A program made the translations under genes and the position numbers. 64,000 bases of DNA, taken from an uncultured Dehalococcoidia bacterium (GTDB taxonomy: Bacteria > Chloroflexota > Dehalococcoidia > Lucifugimonadales > UBA1127). Where the stretch lies: the NCBI GenBank assembly GCA_964612825.1, contig CAZTCW010000051.1:4452-68451 (forward strand), written 5' to 3'. The notes under the pieces were generated by a model. The model had not been told where the DNA came from and did no database searches. It saw nothing but the letters and a program-made list of their open reading frames with translations. Shown in pieces: positions 29,417-39,051 of this stretch; the first letter of the stretch is position 1, and the number at the start of each line of letters is the position of its first letter.

Positions 29417-30961
29417 TTGATTATGATAGGGTCATCTGAAAGCGACCCGAGAGAAGACGAACTTTTTGAACGGTGCCGGCGCTTATTTGATCGGCACCCC
29501 CTCATCGTTGGTAGTAACAGAGGCCCTCTTGAATTCCATTCGACTTCTGAGGGGGTTCTTCAGCCGAGAAGAGGAAGCGGAGCGATTGTTACTGCCCTTA
29601 ACCCCCTTACACGCTCCTTTGAATTTTCTTGGGTGGCAAGTGCCATGGGTGAAGGAGACCGGCGTGCTTCTGAGGTTGCTGAAGGGCAGAGTATAGAATC
29701 ACCCCTTCCCAACCAAAAGGTCTCTCTCCGATACGTAATTACTCCACGTCGAATGTACCACAAGTTTTATAATATCATCTGTAATCCTCTTTTATGGTTC
29801 CTTCAACATCGGATGTGGAGCCCTCCATTTACCCCTAATATAGATAGTGTCGTTTATGACGCATGGGAAACTGGTTACGAGCCTGTAAATCGAGCATTTG
29901 CTGATGGAATCATTGCTGAAGCCTCTGGGAAATCCGAAACACCAGTGGTTTTGCTTCATGATTACCACCTCTACCTTGTAGGAGGTATGGTCCGCGAGCA
30001 AATACCCGAGGCCATTATTTATCATTTTATCCATATTCCGTGGCCTGCGCCTGACTTATTGCAACTCCTCCCAGCTTTTATGCGTACCAAGGTTTGTCGT
30101 AGCCTTTGCAGCGCTGATCTTGTGGGTTTCCAATCGACTTGGGACGTGCATAGTTTCCTTGAATCCTGCAGGTTATTTGTTGATGGAGCAGAAGTGGACT
30201 TTAACGAGGGAATCGTCAGAACAAATGGTCGAGAAACTAAGGTGAAAGCCTTTCCTACGGCAATTGATGTTGAGGAAGTTCGACGCATTGCAGCCTCACC
30301 AAGGGCTTTAGATTACGAACAGCGTTTAAGAGCATTGTGTGGCGAACAGACTGTTATAAGGGTAGATCGCGCTGAGCCAAGTAAAAACATTGTGCGGGGC
30401 TTTCGAGCCTACCAAATTTTTTTGGAGCAACACCCTGAGTTCCATGAGCGGGTAAAATTCTTAGCGTTTTTAGTTCCTTCTAGAACCCACGTAAGACAAT
30501 ATGAACGATACCAAGAAGAGATCGAAAACGTAGTTCGAGGGATAAACCAAACTTTCGGGTCGGAATCCTGGGTGCCGGTGCAGGTAATTTATGAAAATAA
30601 TTACACTCAAGCTCTTGCTGGAATGGGGCTTTATGACGTTCTCCTCGTGAACCCGTTGGCTGACGGGATGAATTTGGTCGCTAAAGAAGGGCCTGTTGTT
30701 AATAAAAATAATGGTGTAGTGATTCTTTCAGAAGCTACGGGCGCATATGAGCAACTTAAAGTTGGAGCATTGGCCGTCGCAGCGGCTGATCTACAAGGCA
30801 CTGCGGAGGCTCTCTATAAAGCTTTAATCATGTCTTCTGAAGAAAGAAGTCAGCGTAATCAAGAGCTTATTGATGTGGTTTCTAGTGAAAATGCTACTCA
30901 TTGGTTGCTAAGTCAGATAAGGGAGCTAGATTCCATATCCAATCAACTACCGCAACATTAA
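29417..30961 (+). CDS. otsA: GT20-family glycosyltransferase, most likely alpha,alpha-trehalose-phosphate synthase (glucosylglycerol-P synthase not excluded)
   Basis: 514 aa. N-terminal LIVGSNRGP, HDYHLYLV, and the GT-B C-terminal nucleotide-sugar region (…NPLADGMNLVAKE…). No phosphatase partner adjacent. Confidence 0.7.
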   Translation: MIMIGSSESDPREDELFERCRRLFDRHPLIVGSNRGPLEFHSTSEGVLQPRRGSGAIVTALNPLTRSFEFSWVASAMGEGDRRASEVAEGQSIESPLPNQKVSLRYVITPRRMYHKFYNIICNPLLWFLQHRMWSPPFTPNIDSVVYDAWETGYEPVNRAFADGIIAEASGKSETPVVLLHDYHLYLVGGMVREQIPEAIIYHFIHIPWPAPDLLQLLPAFMRTKVCRSLCSADLVGFQSTWDVHSFLESCRLFVDGAEVDFNEGIVRTNGRETKVKAFPTAIDVEEVRRIAASPRALDYEQRLRALCGEQTVIRVDRAEPSKNIVRGFRAYQIFLEQHPEFHERVKFLAFLVPSRTHVRQYERYQEEIENVVRGINQTFGSESWVPVQVIYENNYTQALAGMGLYDVLLVNPLADGMNLVAKEGPVVNKNNGVVILSEATGAYEQLKVGALAVAAADLQGTAEALYKALIMSSEERSQRNQELIDVVSSENATHWLLSQIRELDSISNQLPQH

Positions 30962-32253
30962 TCAGGATGTTTACTAAATACAACCCAGCCACAATTACTA
31001 GGTTTTACAGAACCTGTCAACGCTGTCTCGCAACGTATCTTTATTTGTCTTTCTCCGGCTCTTCCTTGTAATTGTTCGATACAATCCGTGATGATTGCAC
31101 ATCTAGTCCGCCCCGTCCCATTGTTACCTCCACTTGTTAGAAATGGATGAGGCCCCTCAGAAGTTATGTCCCCAGCATAAAAGGCGTGCGATTCCCCTCT
31201 TGTTACTCCATGCCATTTGAATCCTTCCAGAAACAGTTGGGTAAAAAGGAGGAATCCATCGTAGGGATTGAACACGTCAATTTCATTGGCAGTTAGCCCA
31301 GAGCCTTGGTAAACTTTTTTGGCAATCGCGTCACACCACTCTTCTTGGTTGTCTAATGTTTCGTATGTACTGCGGAGTTTGTAATTGTTTTCAGAATGAC
31401 TAAGGATATAAACGGGTTTTTGTTTCATTTGCTTCGCTCTATCGGATGTAGTAACTAAATAACAGGCTGATGCTTGAACCGGACGGTCGCAGTCTAGCAA
31501 AGAGACAGGCTTTGCTACCCATCTAGCGTTAAGATAATCAGATTCTGTTATCTGGTAGGGCTCGTTCATTGCATAATACCCAAGGGGAAATCTTAGCCCA
31601 TTTCTCCGTTGGTTAACTGCGAATGGCGCTATTCCATCATGGGTCGCCCCATATTTTCTGCAATACTGGTTAAAAATGAACGCAATTCCTTGTAAAAATC
31701 CATTTTGATGTCCCCATGGGAATTGCCATTGATTGTTCCCGTAAGCATAGTCGCTTTCATTTTCCCCTTGGTGATGATAACGACCTTCTAGGTTTCCGGT
31801 AGGGTAGAGCACTAGGCAAGTCGAGCATAATCCATCTCCAACAGCTTGAGCAGCTAACCCAATCATTTCTCCGATTTGTGGTGCATTTGAGTTTAAATAT
31901 TTGACATTCTTAAGTCCCAACTCTTTTGATAGCCATTCAGCCGTCACTTTGGTTAAGCCATCCTCAGAATCGTATGGGGGATCAAAATATGGCCTAGGAG
32001 CCCAAAAGTCGCCTAAAGGGCCAGGAGAGGAAATTACACCGTCAATTTCATCAGGGGAAACTCCCGCATCATCCATAGCTCTCTTTGCAGCCAAGATTGA
32101 ATAAGCACCTAAGCTTGTTTCAAGAGTCTCTCCATCCCATCGACGATCCGTAGGTGAATGGCCAACACCCGCGACGGCTACTTTCCCTCGATGTTCCCAG
32201 ACCCCGGGGTTCTCTTGATTTTTCATCCACCAGTTTCGATTCAAAGTCGTCAT
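30958..32253 (-). CDS. Thiolase-fold (SCP-x/Ltp-like) protein lacking the nucleophilic Cys
   Basis: 431 aa. Thiolase-like layout (VAVAGVGHSP…, …AVGDGLCSTCLVLY…, C-terminal …TSGGNNGTG…QLQGRAGERQ…). The site aligned by eye with the C-A-S-G nucleophile reads NSNAPQIG, and the G-H-P site reads GNNGTG. Confidence 0.8.
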   Translation of the reverse strand: MTTLNRNWWMKNQENPGVWEHRGKVAVAGVGHSPTDRRWDGETLETSLGAYSILAAKRAMDDAGVSPDEIDGVISSPGPLGDFWAPRPYFDPPYDSEDGLTKVTAEWLSKELGLKNVKYLNSNAPQIGEMIGLAAQAVGDGLCSTCLVLYPTGNLEGRYHHQGENESDYAYGNNQWQFPWGHQNGFLQGIAFIFNQYCRKYGATHDGIAPFAVNQRRNGLRFPLGYYAMNEPYQITESDYLNARWVAKPVSLLDCDRPVQASACYLVTTSDRAKQMKQKPVYILSHSENNYKLRSTYETLDNQEEWCDAIAKKVYQGSGLTANEIDVFNPYDGFLLFTQLFLEGFKWHGVTRGESHAFYAGDITSEGPHPFLTSGGNNGTGRTRCAIITDCIEQLQGRAGERQIKIRCETALTGSVKPSNCGWVVFSKHPD

Positions 32254-32285
32254 AATTCACCTCTTCCGAAGTTTGTTGGCCTGTA

Positions 32286-32696
32286 TTATCCGATAACACG
32301 CCATTCGTGGATCAATTGGCCCGGACCGACGGGTTCAAAGTAAACCTCAACCCGCGCCCCTACTGGAACCTCATCAACGGGAACACCAGGAAGATTCGAT
32401 AGGAAGTTGATTTCTGGATTTTCTTCTAATGTGATAACGGCTACGTTAATCGGCTGATCTTCACGAATCGGCCGAATTCTGGAATCGTGGATTACGAAAT
32501 AGTCTAGAATTTTCCCTTTCCCGGAAACCTCCTTCCATTCTAAGGAGTCTGATGAGCCACAGTTGGCGCAAACCTTCTCTGGAGGAAATTGAAGCCGGTC
32601 GCAACTTAGACAGTTTTGTACGATTAGACGATGTTCGTTACATGCGTCCCAAAAGGGTTTGCTCACTTCGTCGGGCACTGGAATGGGTTTAGGCAT
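32286..32696 (-). CDS. DUF35 OB-fold / zinc-ribbon protein (thiolase partner)
   Basis: Zn ribbon CLSCDRLQFPPEKVCANCGS followed by an OB fold. I place the start at ATG 32696 (MPKPIPVPDEVSKPFWDA…), which has GGGAGGAAG upstream. The track ORF extends to 32759. Confidence 0.8.
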   Translation of the reverse strand: MPKPIPVPDEVSKPFWDACNEHRLIVQNCLSCDRLQFPPEKVCANCGSSDSLEWKEVSGKGKILDYFVIHDSRIRPIREDQPINVAVITLEENPEINFLSNLPGVPVDEVPVGARVEVYFEPVGPGQLIHEWRVIG

Positions 32697-32836
32697 GCTC
32701 TTCCTCCCAAAATTTGTTCTAAATCCCAGGGGTGTTTTCTGGGACTTTCTCCTTATCAATGTGAATGGATTTAATCATCGTGACATACAACCTGAATTTC
32801 GATTGGAGTTGCGAACGCAACAGTATTATAAAGGGG

Positions 32837-33211
32837 TCAGTTATGTTGATAGGCACTGACTAGTTCGTTTGCCTGGGCTGAACTTGGACCCCAAATCTCA
32901 AAGACCATATTTATTTTCTCAAAATGAGCGGGAACCGTTTTTATATCGAAGGAGTCTCTTAAGCCTTCAATCGTTACCTCGGAATGAATAAGTGGGATAT
33001 TGAGTGAGTGGGACGTTCGGCAAATCATATTTACCGCGCAGGCAGAAAGACCAGAAAGGAAAACTTCAGGCGCAGCCAAGGCTTGAGGGCCTCCTTTATC
33101 GGATGACCCGTCTACTACAAAGTGATGGTGCCTAGCTTCGTTCAGAGATCGATTTGCAACGCCACTACTATAGGATTTTACTTTATTAGAGGAACTGGTA
33201 TTTTCTGGCAC
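32837..33211 (-). CDS. OsmC/Ohr-family peroxiredoxin-like protein
   Basis: 124 aa. PEVFLSGLSACAVNMIC matches the OsmC-family P-E-x-L-L-x-x-L-x-x-C core. Confidence 0.65.
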   Translation of the reverse strand: MPENTSSSNKVKSYSSGVANRSLNEARHHHFVVDGSSDKGGPQALAAPEVFLSGLSACAVNMICRTSHSLNIPLIHSEVTIEGLRDSFDIKTVPAHFEKINMVFEIWGPSSAQANELVSAYQHN

Positions 33212-33465
33212 GTCCCGTTCTCCTAGAAAGAAATGATAGTGTTATGTGAAAAATACTCGTCCTCTTGCAACGTGTCAATTTTTAAAATACAAATCAAGAG
33301 TAATTATTTAATTCTTTTAGCGTTACAACCAATGGCGGTGATAATGAGCGTTACGTTTTGGAATGGAAACTTGTGTTACAATCCGCGGAGCTCACATACC
33401 TCAATGATCGCGTATGCGATTATCTGGTGGCCTTAATATAAATTTATCTTTCAGGAGTTTTTCTG

Positions 33466-34551
33466 TTGATTCAGACTGACAGGTTAGTTAAAACCTTTTG
33501 TGATCTGGTAACTATTGATAGTCCCTCAGGATTGGAAGAGGAAGTAACCCAAGAATTGGAGAGAAGGTTTTTGGCACTTGGATTTCAACCATCCAGAGAT
33601 TCCCACGGAAACCTGATCGCAACTGAGGATGGCGAGAAACCACTTATGCTTTCGGCCCACATGGATACCGTTGACCCCGGGCGCGGGATAACACCTGTGG
33701 TTGAGGGAAACACGATACGTTCTGATGGGACCACTATTCTGGGGGGAGATTGTAAGGCAGGCATTGCAGCAATCTTGGAAGCATTGGAATCTATCAAAGA
33801 AAGCGGGCGACCCCGTCAACCCGTGCAGTTAGTTTTTACGAAAGGAGAGGAAATTGGTCTAGTTGGTGCCCGGAATCTTGACCTGTCCCTAATTAAAGCG
33901 GATAGAGCTTTTGTTTTTGACGGTAACGGACCCGTCTCCAAAATTACTACCGCGAGTCCTACGTATATTTCCGTAGAAGTTCATATCAGGGGGAGAGCGG
34001 CCCATGCAGGAGTGGAACCAGAGAAAGGGTTATCGGCCATTAAAATTGCCACTGAAATTATCTCCTTACTTCCGCAAGGTAGAATTGATGAAGAGACAAC
34101 TATAAACGTTGGCACGATTTCGGGGGGATCCGTAAGAAACGCTGTCCCTGAAGAAGCAAGTTTTTCAGGTGAATTCCGAAGCCGCAATACCGAGACTTTA
34201 GACTTATTAAAACTTCAGGTTTTAGATGCTATCAAATTTGCGAAGGATAAATATCAGGATGCAATTATCAGTGAAGAGCTTACCGTAGAATTTCAGATGT
34301 ACACCTTAGGAGAGAATGATCCGATGGTTGAAGAAGCGTGTCGTATTTTACGGTTGTTGGATTTAGAGCCTGAGCTAGGTCCTTCAGGGGGAGGAACCGA
34401 CGCCAATATATTTAATAGAGCTGGGATACGGTGCGCAGTCGTTGGAATGGCAACTAGAGAAATGCATACCGTTCGGGAGCATGTCGTTATACCTGATTTG
34501 GTAGACGCGGCTAGGTTTTGCGAGGAGTTGCTGGTTCAATCCCTGAATTGA
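33466..34551 (+). CDS. M20-family metallopeptidase (peptidase T-like)
   Basis: 361 aa. LSAHMDTVDPG, GGDCKAGIAA (bridging Asp), KGEEIGLVGA, and a C-terminal HT..E. TTG start. Confidence 0.8.
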   Translation: MIQTDRLVKTFCDLVTIDSPSGLEEEVTQELERRFLALGFQPSRDSHGNLIATEDGEKPLMLSAHMDTVDPGRGITPVVEGNTIRSDGTTILGGDCKAGIAAILEALESIKESGRPRQPVQLVFTKGEEIGLVGARNLDLSLIKADRAFVFDGNGPVSKITTASPTYISVEVHIRGRAAHAGVEPEKGLSAIKIATEIISLLPQGRIDEETTINVGTISGGSVRNAVPEEASFSGEFRSRNTETLDLLKLQVLDAIKFAKDKYQDAIISEELTVEFQMYTLGENDPMVEEACRILRLLDLEPELGPSGGGTDANIFNRAGIRCAVVGMATREMHTVREHVVIPDLVDAARFCEELLVQSLN

Positions 34552-34553
34552 GT

Positions 34554-37061
34554 TCAGTTTTCCCCTAAAACGAGGTTAATTAATCGACCCCTGACAAAAA
34601 TTACCCGTTGTATTGTTTTTCCTTCAACAAACCTCTTAATATTCGGTTTTTCTAAGGCTAAGGATGTGGCTTCTGATTCGGAAATATCCACTGAAACTAT
34701 CAGGTGATCTCGTAAACGTCCGTTTACCTGAATTACTAATGTAATTACATCCTCGGCTGCTAATGATTCGTCCCAGTTAGGAAATGGCTGATTGTGGATG
34801 CTGTAAGGTTCTCCAATTCGCTCCCAAAGTTCCTCTGCCAAATGTGGTGCTAAACACGCTATTAACAATAGGAAAGTCCGCCGAGCTTCGAGCCAGAGGT
34901 CCAAATTAACTAGTTTTTTGTCCCAAATCCCTTGTAAATAGTTACTGTATTCCATTAACGCTGATACCGCCGTGTTAAACTTGAATGAGTCGAGATCCTG
35001 ATAAACTTTTCGTATGGTTTGATGGATTCGGCGTTGACATTCCCTGGAAGTTTCTTCGTTGGGGCAATCCTGAGGGAGAACGCTTGCGTCACGTTGAAAT
35101 ATATCCCATATCCTATTAAACCAACGCGCAATCCCATTTATGCCGGAATCGGACCATTCCCCTCCTCTATCCCAAGGGCCAACAAACATGAGGTACGTCC
35201 TGACTATATCCGCACCCAAAGTTTCTACGTAGGGGTCAGGGGTTACTACATTTCCGCGTGATTTACTCATTTTTGCTCCGTCCGCGATGATGTGGCCTTG
35301 GTTAAACAAACGCAGAAAGGGTTCATTAAATTCAATCAGGCGTAAATCACGGAGCGCCTTAATGAAGAACCTAGCATAAAGGAGATGCATAATCGCGTGT
35401 TCCGCTCCCCCCGTATACTGGTCAACAGGCATCCAATTCTTGGCTAACGAGGGATCCCATGGATTGAGATCGTCCTTAGGGGAAAGATAACGAAGGAAAT
35501 ACCAGGAGGAATCAAAAAATGTGTCCATGGTATCAGTTTCTCTCTGCGAAGGGATCTTACAAACAGGGCAATCTGTATCAAGGAACTTGGTGTTTTCTTT
35601 CAGCGGTGATTCTCCCGTTGGTCGAAATTCGGCGTCTTCAGGGAGAAGGACTGGCAGATCATCTTCAGGGACAGGAACCACACCACAATTTGGGCAATGG
35701 ATCATCGGGATCGGGGTGCCCCAGTAGCGCTGACGTGAAATCAGCCAATCTCGGATTCGGTACGTAACTGTTTTGGAGCCCCAACCATTTTTCGAAATGA
35801 ATTCTGCGATCGATTCTTTTGCAGCTAAATTGTCTGACCCATCAAAAGAGCCTGAGTTAACTAAGGTGCCAGGTCCTGTATATGCTTCGGAAAGGGGATC
35901 GCCCCGATAATCTTCAGGTGCAATTACTAATTTAATTGGGAGATTAAATTTCGTAGCGAATTCGAAGTCTCTTTGGTCGTGTGCTGGAACACCCATTACC
36001 GCACCCTGGGCATACCAAGCTACAGCGTAATCGGCGATTAGGATAGGGATTTTGTTTCCATTAACATAATTTACACAATAACTCCCCGTGAAAACGCCCG
36101 TTTTCTCCCGATCAGTTGATAGGCGTTCTATATCTGACTTGTTGCGGGCTCTTTCAACATAGTCGCCGACTTCACTTTTTTGTTCAGAGGATGTCACTTC
36201 GTTCACAAGGGGATGTTCAGGAGCCAATACCATAAAGGTAACTCCATACAGAGTATCAATGCGTGTGGTGAAAACACGAAGATCCTTTTGAGGAATGTTA
36301 AGGTGGGATAGGTCAAATTGAGCTTCAACGCCGGAACTACGGCCGATCCAGTTTTGTTGCATCAGTAGTATACGTTCTGGCCAGTCAATCAACCCATCAA
36401 AGTTCAACAGTTCATCAGCGTACTCAGTAATTTTGAGAAACCATTGATCCAGTTCTCGTCTAATAATGGGAGTATCACAACGCTCGCAACTGCCATTAAC
36501 GACTTGTTCATTAGCTAGAACAGTCTGGCATGAAGGACACCACACAGCCGGCGCATGACTTCGATAGGCCAGTCCTTTTTTGTATAATTGCAGGAACAGC
36601 CATTGGTTCCATTTGTAATACTCAGGCAGACAACAGATTATCTCTTTGTCCCAGTCGTAGATAGTTCCCATTGATTTTAGTTGAGTTCGCATACGATCTA
36701 TATTTGCCATTGTCCACGTATGGGGATGAATTCCCCTTCTTATAGCTGCATTTTCAGCGGGAAGGCCAAAGGCGTCGAAGCCAATCGGGTGTAAGACGTT
36801 TTTCCCTTGCATTCTCCTGAATCTGGCGTGGGCATCGGAGGGCGCCATAGCGTACCAATGGCCAATATGTGCGTCACCTGATGGGTATGGATACATTGTT
36901 AGTTCGTACCATTTGGAACCCTGATCTTCAAGGTTCACATGGTAAATACCGTCATCTTGCCATCGTTGTTGCCATTTACAATCCACAATTTGTGGATCCC
37001 ACCGTAACTCTACATGGCGGATAATCTGATCGGTCATTGTCTCTGCTCCATCAAGTCGCAT
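34554..37061 (-). CDS. leuS: Leucine--tRNA ligase
   Basis: 835 aa. HIGH motif (GDAHIGHWY), CP1 editing domain, KMSKS (GAKMSKSRGN). The likely true start is Met9 (37037), which has GGAG 9 nt upstream. Confidence 0.97.
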   Translation of the reverse strand: MRLDGAETMTDQIIRHVELRWDPQIVDCKWQQRWQDDGIYHVNLEDQGSKWYELTMYPYPSGDAHIGHWYAMAPSDAHARFRRMQGKNVLHPIGFDAFGLPAENAAIRRGIHPHTWTMANIDRMRTQLKSMGTIYDWDKEIICCLPEYYKWNQWLFLQLYKKGLAYRSHAPAVWCPSCQTVLANEQVVNGSCERCDTPIIRRELDQWFLKITEYADELLNFDGLIDWPERILLMQQNWIGRSSGVEAQFDLSHLNIPQKDLRVFTTRIDTLYGVTFMVLAPEHPLVNEVTSSEQKSEVGDYVERARNKSDIERLSTDREKTGVFTGSYCVNYVNGNKIPILIADYAVAWYAQGAVMGVPAHDQRDFEFATKFNLPIKLVIAPEDYRGDPLSEAYTGPGTLVNSGSFDGSDNLAAKESIAEFISKNGWGSKTVTYRIRDWLISRQRYWGTPIPMIHCPNCGVVPVPEDDLPVLLPEDAEFRPTGESPLKENTKFLDTDCPVCKIPSQRETDTMDTFFDSSWYFLRYLSPKDDLNPWDPSLAKNWMPVDQYTGGAEHAIMHLLYARFFIKALRDLRLIEFNEPFLRLFNQGHIIADGAKMSKSRGNVVTPDPYVETLGADIVRTYLMFVGPWDRGGEWSDSGINGIARWFNRIWDIFQRDASVLPQDCPNEETSRECQRRIHQTIRKVYQDLDSFKFNTAVSALMEYSNYLQGIWDKKLVNLDLWLEARRTFLLLIACLAPHLAEELWERIGEPYSIHNQPFPNWDESLAAEDVITLVIQVNGRLRDHLIVSVDISESEATSLALEKPNIKRFVEGKTIQRVIFVRGRLINLVLGEN

Positions 37062-37143
37062 CTAATGGAAATGGTCAAACAAATTCTTGATAGCTTAGCA
37101 AAAATTTATCTGTTAGGATCCCTCTTCAGTTTACCTTCTAAGT

Positions 37144-37482
37144 TCAAGACCCGGGTTTACTGGCAGTTGAACCGCCTAGCATGGCTCCTCCTCCACCCAG
37201 TAATGAAATATACATGGAAACGCCAAAGGATATGGGATAAACTAGCCCGACCTCTATATCTATCCAACGCCTGAGGAAGGTTACCAATCCCAAAATTGGG
37301 ACGACTGATAGAATTCCCATCATTCCCCCAATAGATAAAGCCTGTAACGGCGTTGCTTTGATTCGATTCCCTGCAAAGTAACCTCCGATAAAAGGTCCAA
37401 GAGGCCCAGTAATGAAGTGAACGACCGGTGGAAGTAAACATGCCACACTTATAGTGACACCTAACACTGCGCTTGCAATCAT
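37144..37482 (-). CDS. Hypothetical small membrane protein (Gly-rich, 3-4 TM)
   Basis: 112 aa, clean hydrophobic helices. Preferred over the overlapping 37157..37441 frame. No motif recognised. Confidence 0.45.
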   Translation of the reverse strand: MIASAVLGVTISVACLLPPVVHFITGPLGPFIGGYFAGNRIKATPLQALSIGGMMGILSVVPILGLVTFLRRWIDIEVGLVYPISFGVSMYISLLGGGGAMLGGSTASKPGS

Positions 37483-37659
37483 TTAGTTGATAAACATCTC
37501 TGAGGGATTTTCCTTAATTTCGAAGGACTTACTTTACCACCAAATCTAATCAACGACAACTAACCTAGTATAACCGTAATCATGGGGGGTGGGGTGGGTT
37601 CACTAATGGATGAGCTTGGATGGGTTAACCTAGAGCGCAAAAACCACGCCGAAACTAGG

Positions 37660-39051
37660 TTAATTCTCAGGCGGCAACGCCCCGAGAATTGTATCAACGT
37701 TCTTTTCCATTTCATTTGCCACTTCAATGGACGGGGTAATTAATCCGTAGTAGGTATTATTAAACTCACTAGTAAACTTACTTACGTCGTTACCACCGAC
37801 TAAGCCCGTTAACTCAGGTTGGTATTCTGTGGGAGTTGTTCGTGGCGATCGCGGTTTGCCTTGCTTAAGTCCGAAATTCAATAATTGGTAATACGCTCGT
37901 AGTACTTTACTAGTTGGGTCCATTCCATTGGGTAAATCGTGATAGGGAGACTTTATATTGGCCTGAACAGGTGATTCTAGGGGTTCCCCCACGGGTTCTG
38001 TTTCAATAAATGGGATAGTTTCTCTTTGAGGTACGTAGTCATTCTCATCTACTGGTCTGAACCTTTGTTTAAGTCGGACCCATAGTACTAGGTATAGAAA
38101 TACTATAATCGTTGAAATAACTAAGAAAATAAACAGGTAGGTCAGTATATAAGACAACATAACAAAGAATGTTCTAGGTTCGGTTTCCCGATCTCTCAAT
38201 TGCTCTAGAAAATTAACCTCTGTAGTGGGGGCTAGCCGGATACTTTCCTCCCCCGAAAGCCAATTTATAAATAAGGTCATTACGGCGAAAACCCCGCGAA
38301 GGATATATTCAACGGGAACCATTATTATGGCTAATACAAATTGAAACAAACCTGAAAGCAATTCAAGCAGTTTGAAGGCCAAAGCGGAAAGAGGGGTTTG
38401 AGCAAGTAAAATAAATATTGCTCCGGAAATTAAAACAAATGCCACCGCCCAAAGCGGAGAATATTTCCAGTAATTTTTTCTTGAATCCTCAGGATTTATT
38501 AGATAACTAAACGCCAACCCAGAAAGGCAAGCTCCAAATAAAATAAAAATTACAGGAGTAAAACCTAAGTTCCATCCGGAAATTGCTTCAACCACTCCTC
38601 CCACTGTTGCGAGTATGAACCCTATCGGGAAGATTGTTTTGACGGCTTGCCCAGGATTCTCATGGCCTCCTATCCATAACCCCCTGCGCCACATGAAAAT
38701 CCCAATCCCGAGATAAAGGAAAATATTAAAGGAGGCACTGGTTCCAGCTCTCCATGTTATCAGATCAATTGGCCAAAAGAGCCCAGAGTTAATTGAAACA
38801 ATCAGATATATTGTTAGGAAGCCCATAAATAGTATATGAAGCTGGGTAAACTGCTGTCGCAGCCAAATTGAAAGGATAATTAATCTTTGTATGATGCAGC
38901 CAGGCATTAATAGAAGGAGTAGAGTTACCCAAGGAATTATTGGGCCAAAAACGCCGAAAAGTGCTCCTAAAAGGCCAGAGGCCAAGAAAATCCATGATGC
39001 TTCAGCTAAGAGTAAAGATACGAGCATTCCATAGCTAAACAGGGATTTCAT
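37660..39051 (-). CDS. Polytopic membrane protein with C-terminal DUF4129-like domain (third gene of the MoxR operon)
   Basis: 463 aa, about 10 TM helices. C-terminal soluble part …RSPRTTPTEYQPEL…TSEFNNTYYG… resembles DUF4129 (TP-x-EY … Y-G). No transglutaminase Cys-His-Asp core seen. Its start is overlapped by 17 nt by the DUF58 gene. Confidence 0.6.
   Translation of the reverse strand: MKSLFSYGMLVSLLLAEASWIFLASGLLGALFGVFGPIIPWVTLLLLLMPGCIIQRLIILSIWLRQQFTQLHILFMGFLTIYLIVSINSGLFWPIDLITWRAGTSASFNIFLYLGIGIFMWRRGLWIGGHENPGQAVKTIFPIGFILATVGGVVEAISGWNLGFTPVIFILFGACLSGLAFSYLINPEDSRKNYWKYSPLWAVAFVLISGAIFILLAQTPLSALAFKLLELLSGLFQFVLAIIMVPVEYILRGVFAVMTLFINWLSGEESIRLAPTTEVNFLEQLRDRETEPRTFFVMLSYILTYLFIFLVISTIIVFLYLVLWVRLKQRFRPVDENDYVPQRETIPFIETEPVGEPLESPVQANIKSPYHDLPNGMDPTSKVLRAYYQLLNFGLKQGKPRSPRTTPTEYQPELTGLVGGNDVSKFTSEFNNTYYGLITPSIEVANEMEKNVDTILGALPPEN

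Noticed and set aside
37062-37143. T-box leader upstream of leuS.
   Set aside because: The spacer is only about 80-105 nt depending on start choice, which is too short for a T-box. No specifier-loop or T-box consensus sequence is visible.
37584-37598. G-rich tract GGGGGGTGGGGTGGG in an intergenic spacer, a possible G-quadruplex.
   Set aside because: There are only three clean G-runs with a one-nt loop. A fourth run needs a long loop to the downstream GGATGGG. There is no supporting context, so it is probably a compositional accident.
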